Source of the DNA: Haliotis rubra
Lineage: Eukaryota
Reading direction: 5' to 3'
Length of the DNA stretch: 64,000 nucleotides
Assembly (NCBI RefSeq): GCF_003918875.1
Contig: NW_025766996.1
Location: 496,001-560,000, forward strand
The notes beneath the pieces are model-generated. The model saw only the letters and a program-made list of their open reading frames with translations. It ran no database searches and was not told the DNA's origin. Below, in pieces: positions 25,485-36,299 of the stretch. The position numbers and the translations under genes are program-made. Numbering within the stretch: position 1 is the stretch's first letter; each line of letters opens with the position of its first letter.

Positions 25485-28400
25485 ATGCGGACGATAGTGA
25501 TTCTTGCCTGTTTATTGTACAGTGTAGCTGGACATCTTGCCCCTGTTCCGCATGTACATATTCCTGTCCTCCTGCCCCACCCTGGAGTACCACCCCCGGG
25601 ACATATACCACCCCCGGGATATCCGCCACCCCCTGCAATCCATCCACCCGGAGCCTTTACGTTTGGTGGTGTCAACCATCTTCTACCCAATGGTCAGAAT
25701 GGTGTTTCGAATGGACAGCTAAGCCAGAATATGGCCAATACTCAAATATTAAATCACATTGAGTACAGGATTGTGAACGGGGTTCGGGTACCTGTAACAG
25801 GTCCTGCTGCAGGTCCTGGTGCAGGTCTTGCTGTTGATACTGCTGCTTCACAGACACAAGGCTACGGAGTAAATGGACAAAATTCTATCGTGTCTGACTC
25901 TGCGTCGAAATCGAACGCTGAACAGTTGTCCACGGGTCAGAATAAAAAAGAAGTCACCAGCGTGGAGGAGAATAGCAACTTTCTTGTTGCTCAAGCTTTC
26001 GTGGATCCTGGAAATCTTGTAGAGGAGATACCGACGGGTGGGGACACTGCAACACTGCTTGAGGAAACCACGGACACAGGATCGCCTTCTAACTCAGTGG
26101 CTGCCTCATCAACGTCAACAACGGCATCAACATCTTCAACAGATTTAGCAGCTGGTACTCCAGCAAACGTCGCAACAGATGCATCAGCTGGTCCTGGTGT
26201 GGTATCTAATGCATTGCCCGAACAAAATGGTGTCAGTACAATGGATTTCAGCCAGAGTGGAACAGCCTCAGTGGTATCTTCCAGTGAAAAGACAGCAGTT
26301 GGTACATCAGCAGCCACGGGAACCAACCCCACGGAAACCAGCCCCACAGGAACAGCAACTGAACCCGGGACCGCTAGAGACACAACCGCAACAGGCACAA
26401 CCATCACAGGCAGCCCCACAGGCTACATACAAGGATCAGAGTATCAACAGGCAGGATTCGGTTCTACTGTCACTGGGAATGGGATTCTCAATAATGTAGG
26501 TAGCCTTTATAACCTTCAATCACAGACGGCGCACAGTCACGCACTTGGCGGATCGATGACAGGAACCGCGAATTCTCTATATCCGACGGGTGCTCAAAGT
26601 GGAACGATGGCAGCCGGAAGTGATACAATGAACGCTGCATATCATACGGGAGGTCAGACAGGAACAATGACAGCTGGAAGTGGTATTGTGAATACTGCAT
26701 ATCCTACGGGAGGCCAGACAGGAAGTTTAACAGCCGGAACCGGTACTGTGAATACTGCATATCCTATGGGAGGTCAGACAGGAAGTATGACAGCTGGAAG
26801 CGGTACTGTCAATACTGCATATCCTACGGGAGGCCAGACAGGAAGTTTAACAGCCGGAACCGGTACTGTGAATACTGCATATCCTATGGGAGGTCAGACA
26901 GGAAGTATGACAGCTGGAAGCGGTACTGTCAATACTGCATATCCTACGGGAGGCCAGACAGGAAGTTTAACAGCCGGAACCGGTACTGTGAATACTGCAT
27001 ATCCTATGGGAGGTCAGACAGGAAGTATGACAGCCGGAAGCGGTATTGTGAATACTGCATATCCTATGGGAGGTCAGACAGGAAGTATGACAGCCGGAAG
27101 CGGTACTGTGAATACTGCATATCCTATGGGAGGTCAGACAGGAAGTATGACAGCTGGAAGCGGTACTGTCAATACTGCATATCCTATGGTAGGTCAGACA
27201 GGAAGTATGACAGCCGGAAGCGGTACTGTGAATACTGCATATCCTATGGGAGGTCAGACAGGAAGTATCAGCTGGAAGCGGTACTTGTAAATGGCATATC
27301 CTATGGGAGGTCAGACAGGAAGTATGACAGCCGGAAGCGGTACTGTGAATACTGCATATCCTATGGGAGGTCAGACAGGAAGTATGACAGCTGGAAGCGG
27401 TACTGTGAATACTGCATATCCTATGGGAGGTCAGACAGGAAGTATGACAGCCGGAAGCGGTACTGTAAATACTGCATATCCATATGGGAGGTCAGACAGG
27501 AAGTATGACAGCCGGAAGCGGTACTGTGAATATGCTGCATATCCTATGGGAGGTCAGACAGGAACAATGACAGCCGGAAGCGGTACTGTAAATACTGCAT
27601 ATCCAGCGGGAGGTCAGACAGGAACAATGACAGCAGGCGGAGGTCAGACCAGTACTGATATCCAAGCTCAGACAGGAAGTATGACAGCTGGAAGCGGAAC
27701 TGTAAATACTGCATATCCAATGGGAGGTCAGACAGGAAGTAATGACAGCCGGAAGCGGTACTGTGAATACTGCATATCCTATGGGAGGTCAGACAGGAAG
27801 TATCAGACAGGAATACTGCATATGACAGCAGGAAGTATGACAGGAAGCGGTACTGTGAATACTGCATATCAGACAGGAAGTATGACAGCTGGAAGGGAGT
27901 GTCAGGTACAGGGAAGTATGACAGCCGGAAGCGGTACTGTGAATACTGCATATCCTATGGGAGGTCAGACAGGAAGTATGACAGCCGGAAGCGGTACTGT
28001 AAATACTGCATATCCAATGGGAGGTCAGACAGGAACAATGACAGCCGGAAGCGGTACTGTGAATACTGCATATCCTATGGTAGGTCAGACAGGAAGTATG
28101 ACAGCTGGAAGCGGAACTGTGAATACTGCATATCCCTATAGGAGGTCAGACAGGCATACTGTGAATACATATCCGGCAGGAGCTGAGACCCAGGAGGTCT
28201 GTGAATACTGCATATCCTATGGAACAGGAAGTATGACAATGGGAGGTCAGACAGGAACAGAAGTGGTATTACTGTGAATACTGCATATCCAGCGGAAGCT
28301 ACTGTGAATACTGCATATCCTATGGACAGGGAAGTATGACAGCCGGAAGCGGTACTGTGAATACTGCATATCCTATGGGAGGTCAGACAGGAAGTATGAC

Positions 28401-29813
28401 AGCCGGAAGCTGTGAATACTGCATATCCAGCGGGAGGTCAGACAGGAAGTATGACAGCTGGAAGCGGTGCTGTAAATGCTGCATACCAATGCATATCCTA
28501 TGGGAGGTCAGACAGGAAGTATGACAGCCGGAAGCGGTACTGTGAATACTGCATATCCTATGGGAGGTCAGACAGGAAGTATGACAGCCGGAAGCGGTAC
28601 TGTGAATACTGCATATCCTATGGGAGGTCAGACAGGAAGTATGACAGCCGGAAGCGGAACTGTGAACACTGCATATCCTATGGGAGGTCAGACAGGAACA
28701 ATGACAGCCGGAAGCGGTATTATGAATACTGCATATCCTATGGGAGGTCAGACAGGAAGTATGACAGTCGGAAGCGGTATTGTGAATGCTGCATATCCTA
28801 CGGGAGGTCAGACAGGAAGTATGACAGCCGGAAGTGGTACTGTGAATACTGCATATCCAATGGGAGGTCAGACAGGAAGTATGACAGCCGAAAGCGGTAC
28901 TGTAAATGCTGCATATCCTATGGGAGGTCAGACAGGAACAATGACAGCCGGAACCGGTACTGTGAATACTGCATATCCTACGGGAGGTCAGACAGGAAGT
29001 ATGACAGCTGAGAGCGGAACTGTGAACACTGCATATCCTATGGGAGGTCAGACAGGAACAATGACAGCCGGAAGCGGTATTGTGAATACTGCATATCCTA
29101 TGGGAGGTCAGACAGGAAGTATGGCAGCTGGAACCGGTACTGTGAATACTGCATATCCTACGGGAGGTCAGACAGGAAGTATGACAGCCGGGAGCGGTAC
29201 TGTGAATGCTGTGGGAGGTCAGACAGGAACAATGACAGCCGGAAGCGGTACTGTGAATACTGCATACCCTATGGGAGGTCAGACAGGAAGTATGACAGCT
29301 GAGAGCGGAACTGTGAACACTGCATATCCTATGGGAGGTCAGACAGGAACAATGACAGCCGGAAGCGGTATTGTGAATACTGCATATCCTACGGGAGGTC
29401 AGACAGGAAGTATGGCAGCTGGAACCGGTACTGTGAATACCGCATATCCAATGGGAGGTCAGACAGGAACAATGACAGCCGGAAGCGGTACTGTGAATAC
29501 TGCATATCCTATAGGAGGTCAGACAGGAAGTATGACAGCTGGAAGCGGAACTGTGAACACTGCATATCCTATGGGAGGTCAGACAGGAACAATAACAGCC
29601 GGAAGTGGGATAGTCAACTCGGTCCATATGACTGGAAGCCAAGCAGGAACAGCGTCATCCGGTACTGTGAATTCTACATATCCAGTGAATACTGGAGCGA
29701 CGACAACCGGAAGTGGTGTCGCTACTTCTGCATATCCTGCGGTTGCACAAACAGGAACCGGAATCGGAATCACAGAGGCTACGGGAAAGAGTTCTACCAG
29801 TCAGACAATTTCG
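25485..29813 (+). CDS. First coding exon V2 (~1440 codons): signal peptide, Pro/His-rich N-terminus, Thr/Ser/Ala linker, ~50 x 20-aa GGQTGSMTAGSGTVNTAYPM repeats; ends at phase-0 donor
   Basis: ORFs 25485-27290, 27291-28277 and 28476-29852 carry the same 60-bp repeat, with frame breaks confined to a garbled patch at ~27270-28490. Signal-like MRTIVILACLLYSVAG. TCG|GTAAGA with GT at 29814, in frame. Confidence 0.8.
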
Positions 29814-30391
29814 GTAAGATTTTATTTCACTGACATTAATAACATAAGTTAATATTGCGACAAAGCGCAGCCCAAACTCACGGAATATGGATAACAAAAA
29901 GAAAAAGTGAAACAACGCGATATCTCGTCTGTCGGAGACCTCACATTTTGTTTCTCGGCTGAGGATTTAGTCAGATAGATGTTTTATCAGGTGACAACCA
30001 AGCGGACAGCCCTTAAAGTTCGAGTTAAAAGTTAAATTTTCGAAGTCTGAAACTGTTCTAACCATAGTTAAGCTAAACCTTTAAACCAACTCCACGAACA
30101 TGTGGAGGCGAGCATTCGTGGCATTGACATAATCGTGTTTTTAACGCTTTGACATAATCGTGTTTTTAACGACTTATCATCTGATGTTTTCAGTTAATGG
30201 GATAGTGTTTTGTAAATTGTAGATCAGTGTTTCGATTAATTTTGCAGGAGATAAGACAGTTTAAACCTGTTAACTTAACGCATTTGCTTACGATGGCTAT
30301 TCCCCAGAATACCGTAAATATATACGCAATATCACGCACCATTGAGCGTAAGAGACGATATTCTGTGGTGACGTTAACTTTGCATAAACGA

Positions 30392-30549
30392 CTGAGTTTG
30401 GTTTTACGCCGCTTGTAGCAATATACCAGCAATATCACGGAGGGGGACACCAGAAATGGGCTTCACTCATTGTACCCATGTGGGGATTCGAAACCGGATC
30501 TTCGGCGTGACGAGCTAACGCTTTAACCAGTAGACTACCCCACCGCCCC
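30392..30549 (-). mobile_element. SINE family A
   Basis: TSD TGCATAAACGA on both sides. Confidence 0.92.
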
Positions 30550-30735
30550 TGCATAAACGAATTATTCAGCTGACTATATATATAGTGCACGTGAGAATAG
30601 GTGAATGTTCGCCAACGGGCACAACATTTGCATGTTACAACGGCATTTTAAACCGTTAGCTTCGCGCATTATCCTGAATTGTCGATAGACGATAAATATA
30701 CAGATGATGCTGAACTTTACGTTTAAAATCCATAT

Positions 30736-30871
30736 GGGGCGGTGGGGTAGTCTAGTGGTTAAAGCGTTCGCTCGTCACGCTGAAGACCCGCGTTCGATTA
30801 CCGCATGGGTACAATGTGTGAAGCCCATTTCTGGTGTCCCCCGCCGTGATGTTGCTGGAATATTGCTAAAA
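30736..30871 (+). mobile_element. SINE family A
   Basis: Family A consensus, truncated tail. Confidence 0.88.
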
Positions 30872-31136
30872 GTCTATACCTTTCTGTAAATTGTGACATA
30901 ACATAAAAAGCATTTAATTTTAATGAGAGTTTATCTTGTTATATATAAATACCATTTATATGTAAACAGTGCACATAGTTCAAGCGAAATTAACATTTTA
31001 AACATAAATAATAAGATACAATTTTATCAACACATTCTTTCTTAAACAGAATACAAGGGCATATACAAATATTAAAGTCTTAATTCATTCAAGTGGACAA
31101 AACAGATTATAGCCTAATCTCAAAGGGGTTACAGGG

Positions 31137-31282
31137 GACCCGTGAAGATCCGGTTTGGAATTGGTCTTCAGCAACCCATGCTTGTTCTAAGAGGCGACTA
31201 ACGGGATCGATTGCTGAGTGCGACATTAAACAACAAACCAACCAACCAACCAACCAACAAACAAACAAACAACAAACAAACA
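31137..31282 (+). mobile_element. Internally deleted SINE family B with (CAAA)n tail
   Basis: GACCCGTGAAGATCC head joined directly to TTGCTGAGTGCG tail. Confidence 0.8.
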
Positions 31283-32345
31283 CCTTATGGAACCACAATA
31301 ACGACATGACAGCAATGTCGGTGAAAATGTTAAACGGTTTATGGTAAACGGGTTTTCAAACAGACTTTAAACCTCCACTCAGTGTATGACAAATTTATCA
31401 ATCCATCAGTCTAGTTTATTTGTGTCATTTAAATCGATCTTTTGCATATTTTATTTGATTAGAAATTTGATATTTTCTTCAGTTGTTCTTTTTTACGAAT
31501 AAAATTTTGCCGTCATTTTTGCCAACGTGTAATGAACCCATGCCGTCAGTTATGGCTTAAGGTCATGTGATAAATCACGATGTCACGTGACCATTCCCAT
31601 TGTCACCACACAACAGTGTAATACATCAATATCTCTCAGTATCTTTAGGCTAAATACAGATTAGTGATGATACGCATCATGATGGTGACTTCTGTCGCCT
31701 TCAGCGTTGTGACATACACGATTACAAAGAATCTACACATATTCCCGTTATTCTACCTTGAAAAAACATGAAGTTATATATTTGTTGTAAGAAATCTGTT
31801 TCTTTATAAAAATATATAAGTTATGCAAAATGCTACATAGATCACATACTTCTTAATCGCCAAAACATTGATAATTTAAATTCTTACATAAAAACGATAA
31901 AAATTATTCCAAGTTTATGAAACACTTTCATCCAATGATATAATGTTTAGGTAGGTGTTGGGAGAACATGTGGTCGTTATATCGCTAAGGTAACGTCGAT
32001 ACGACGTTAAAATGTCACTCGCTTAATCTGGTAAAGGTGAACAGGGTCGCATCACGAAATCCGGATGGAAACAGTCACAAACACCTGCAAAGGCATGGCA
32101 GTTCATGCTTCACTCATTCTACGTGAAGTTTCGCTTCAATTGTTGACGTCTTTAAACAAAAAAGGGTATCTGTGGCATTGAAAGGGCGAAGGCGTTGAAA
32201 TATTAAGCCATCCCAATCGTAATTAACCCGATTATCCCATGATCACGATAGATTTTTTATTTATTGGAATGACGGAAACGACTTGCATAGGAGACTGTCT
32301 GACGATGTCACGTGACCATACTACGTCGTCTTCCCATTCATTAAC

Positions 32346-32590
32346 GACCCGTGAAGGCCCGGTTAGAATATTGGCCTTCAGTAACCCATGCTTGTCGTAA
32401 GAGGTGACTAACGGGATCGGGTGGTCAGGCTCGCTGACTTGTTTGACACATGTCATCGGTTCCAATTGCGTAGATCGATGCTCATGTTGTTGATCACTGG
32501 ATTGTCTGGTCCAGACTCGATTATTTACAGACCGCCGCCATATGGCTGTAATATTGCTGAGTGCGGCGTAAAACTAAACTCACTCACCCC
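32346..32590 (+). mobile_element. Full-length SINE family B
   Basis: TSD CCCATTCATTAA on both sides; complete consensus. Confidence 0.92.
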
Positions 32591-32985
32591 ATTCATTAAG
32601 ATAATAGCACAGCGTGCTTCATTGGTTCTTTATAGCATCCGAAAACCAAAAGTAGAAGCGATTCAGTATTCCAAGAAGCATTTTAAGACTATAACAGTCA
32701 GCTGATGATCTCTCCTTGTGGTAGGGTTGTGAATGAGTGAGTGACTTGGAGTTGACGCTTTCTTGAACAGTGCTCTAGCTCTATAACGGTGCGTCAGTTT
32801 AATATATAAGGGAACATGTCATGGCGATGAGAAATTGTGATTCATTAACATTAAGTGTTAGAACTTAGTTTTAGTTTTTTAGAAGTTTAAAACACAAAGA
32901 CACGAATTGTTGTAGATTACAATATCTTTACTGTATAGCATTTGAACAGATTACCCACGTTATTTCTCAACATGGTGGGGTAGCG

Positions 32986-33459
32986 TAAAGTACTGTTGGA
33001 AATAAAAAAACCCCTGTTTTTTCACATTTATATCCACAATTTATGAAGTTAATATGTCAAAGTGTGAAATATCTGTTAGACCAAGTTCGGCCTAACTACA
33101 GTCTCAGTGGTAGGGAGATAGGAAACGTGAAAAAAGTCCAAGTCGACTTATTTGGAACAGACCTTGGCTTTATGCAAATTAGTGTGCGATGATATTGATA
33201 TTGTCATCATACCTGGCTGAGCCACCTAATTGTCATCTATAGTCTGATCTATTGTTTTAAACAGGTATTCGTATTTTTTCTAAGTTTTGCTCGATTTTAC
33301 GAGTAAACATGCTTTTCTGGATATCCTATTTCGCATCCCACTGAACGCCCAGTTAGGCCGATGTGGGTTATTTCGACATATGCTATTTGCAATTGTGTAA
33401 ATTTTAGGGTTACAGAGTAACAGCCAAAAAACAGTTTTTCTATTTCCGACAGTACTTTA
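32986..33459. mobile_element. TIR element inserted in the A box of a family A SINE
   Basis: TAAAGTACTGTTGGAAATA ... TATTTCCGACAGTACTTTA splits GGTGGGGTAGC | GTGGTTAAGGCGTTCGCTCG. Confidence 0.7.
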
Positions 33460-33494
33460 GTGGTTAAGGCGTTCGCTCGTCAGACCGAAGGCCT

Positions 33495-33563
33495 GTGGGG
33501 AATCGAACCCGGGTCTTCGGCGTGACGAGCGAACGCTTTAACCACTAGGCTACCCCACCGCCC
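33495..33563 (-). mobile_element. SINE family A head
   Basis: Inverted head fragment. Confidence 0.8.
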
Positions 33564-34672
33564 TCGAAACTGTATTGCCGACAGAGAAAGTATACGCTCA
33601 TGTTTGACGGTAGCTTAAATGAAATAAATATAAAATGGTTATTTGACGGTGGTGTATTTGATGCAGGCTTAATTTGTGTGCTTTGGACCGTAATATTGTC
33701 GTGTTTTTCCAACTGTCTTATCCAAATGAAGTTTTGATAACGTTCACCGTTTCGGGGTCAAATTGAAAGTGCAAACTTTCTTTTGTGCGTCAGTTTAGAT
33801 TCCTCCTCCGTGATGCGAGCACATGATTCAGAAATATATAACCTAAATTAGGAATATGAGACAGCACAGCTTTGCCAAATACGCCCGTTCAGCATGTTAA
33901 TTGTAACTGTGACAAGTTTGATTGACAGGCGAAGCACGAAATAGACACCTGAAGATGTCACGCCCATCAATCTCAATCAGTTGTTAAATACGCCCGATCA
34001 GGGCACTGAGGACAGTCATGCAGCCTTCTGAGCCCACATGGAACATGTGTTAACAGTTTTCGAATTCTTTTACCCTGCTGATTCAAGTAAACTTGCAATT
34101 ATACCAGATCGCTCGTGGATCTGTTTTCACGTTGGGTTTTAATTAATACCTTCCAGAACAGTCTAATTCATCATCAACAGTAGACGTGTTTTGGGATTTC
34201 CCGTTCTGAAACGTCGTACTTAATCATTATAAAAAGGGCGCATATTTGATTTATTATGAAAATATTTGGCATAAGAGACAATTCTGGTAGTTTGAAATAG
34301 ACACTGTATGTTTATGATTGACAGTAAGAAATAAACACTACATCAATCACAATGATTTTCTGAAAATGAAAATGATGTTGTACATTATAATTCTTTGGGT
34401 GGGTCTTTTGTAACATAGCCACGGTTTGACTAGACGTCATTGCAGCTGGCTTGAAGTCTACACTAACAAAATATTTATTCCTCTAGAGCTAATTTCTAAA
34501 AAAATAAGCATGCAATGAAAAATATGGGTTTCTACACTGGGTACTAGTTTAAGTCTGTATCTATATGAATATGGTGACTAATTGAGCGAAGACCGACTGT
34601 GTTTACACAGTTTTTGAGCCCACATCTTCCTAAACATTTATCATTTAAATATGATAGACGACTTAATCTCCA

Positions 34673-34930
34673 ACCCATGAAAATCCCCGTTAGAATTGGT
34701 CTTCAGCAAACCATGCTTGTAAGAGGCGACTAAAGGGACCGGGTGGTCAGGCTCGCTGACTTGGTTGACTCATGTCATCAGTTCCCAATTGCGTAGATCG
34801 ATGCTCACTGGTATTGATCACTGGTTTGTCCAATCCAGATTTGATTATTTACAGACCGCCGCCACATAGCTGAAACATTGCAACGGTAAACAACAAACAA
34901 ACAAACAAACAAACAAACAAACAAACAACC
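34673..34930 (+). mobile_element. SINE family B with (AAAC)n tail
   Basis: Family B consensus. Confidence 0.85.
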
Positions 34931-35264
34931 CTCACTATTGTATTGTAATTATCACGCAAAAGTACATCAACCATTACACATGGCAACACAAACGTATTAT
35001 TTCTGCCAACAAACAGATCATGGGCTTGTCGGCCTTAACTGACAAGGACCATTGATGGAACTGTGCTTTTACACAAGCTTTGCTTTAATATGAGCGTCCA
35101 ATATGAAAAAAGAAAAACATTTACCTCAGTATTTTAGCAGCAGAAATTCCTGTTTCTAACAAAATGTTTCGGCACACATTAAAAGCTAGGGGCAATATAA
35201 AACTAACACTAATCAATATAATTACAATTAAATACCAATAAAACCTTGATACGGAAACAAATCG

Positions 35265-35361
35265 TCTCATCCAGGATCCGAACCCACACCCTCAGATTCA
35301 GGCACCATATCGGCAGCACATAAAGCCAGCCGCCTAAACCGCTCAGCCACCGCGACTTCCA
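35265..35361 (-). mobile_element. SINE family C head
   Basis: Reverse strand GTGGAAGTCGCGGTGGCTGAGCGG...GGTTCGGATCC. Confidence 0.6.
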
Positions 35362-35465
35362 CTCTTACTCTTCTCTCTCTCCTCGAAACCCCCACCCCAC
35401 CCCCAACTTACCACCACTGCTCATAAACGCCTGTACGCATGTATCCGTCATAAATAAGGTGAGCT

Positions 35466-35880
35466 ATTTGATAACTTTTATTCAGAATTGAAGGCCATGT
35501 GGCCAAGAGTACAACAGGTAATACAACATTGTCATGGTGTGTAGAGTTGAAATATAATTCATAATACAATTATTTTAACGTAGGTTTTGCTTCAGGTATA
35601 TACATATTCCTTTAAGAACAGTGACACTGTGTATCTTCATAAGGGCTCGGAATTTGACAATTGAAGGTGGGCTGTAGAAATAGGCTGGAATACATTGGGA
35701 TCTGCATCGGTTATAAAATGGACATATTAGCAACAAGTGATATTCGTCTTCAAGCACGTTTAAAGTACATTTGTTACAAACTAATTCTTTATATGAGACA
35801 ATTATCTTTGAAAAACGTTGTTTTTGTATATTCAAGTTATGTGATTGGCATCGGAATTTGATCAACATTCGCATCTTTGT
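35466..35880 (-). mobile_element. LINE 3' end (L2/Crack-type)
   Basis: LIKFRCQSHNLNIQ..CNKC..LEDEYHLLLICPFY, followed by a short 3' UTR with AATAAA. Confidence 0.8.
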
Positions 35881-36299
35881 TTAATGCGCCACAGGAAATA
35901 TTCAGTAAAGGTGAGCTATTTCACACCTGGGGATTATAAATTACAGGTGCCTCACCAGTAAGACATCACCAATCTGTCAACAAGATGCAATGTACGTGTT
36001 AAGTGCCCTCATTAGCCCTTGCACAATCACATGACGTCACACTGGCTAGCATCTCACACTCGTCACACTGGTCATTCATGTTTGGGGCTCATGTTGTATT
36101 GTTCTTTTACCTAACAGGTATTGTTAATTACGTCTTCACAGGTAAAATATGATTGATGGTCATCTGAGGTACAGTACTTAGAGTGGCAATTCACGCTGGT
36201 CACTTTGTTAATGTTGTGAGTTAGTGGTCAGGTGAGCACCGTAATCGCTGAGCGCAGAAATACCTACTAACACACAACGCATACGGAGTCAGTGCAAAT

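Noticed and set aside
27544-29642. Cys-rich antisense ORF (TSHRICSIHSTASGC..) and YGRSDRKYDSRKRYCEYC frame
   Set aside because: Shadow frames of the 60-bp coding repeat; no signal peptide or splice support.
26560-29700. Bacterial contamination or horizontal transfer of an ice-nucleation gene
   Set aside because: The repeat lies in an exon with a eukaryotic signal peptide, splice donor and host SINE flanks, and its period is 20 aa rather than 16.
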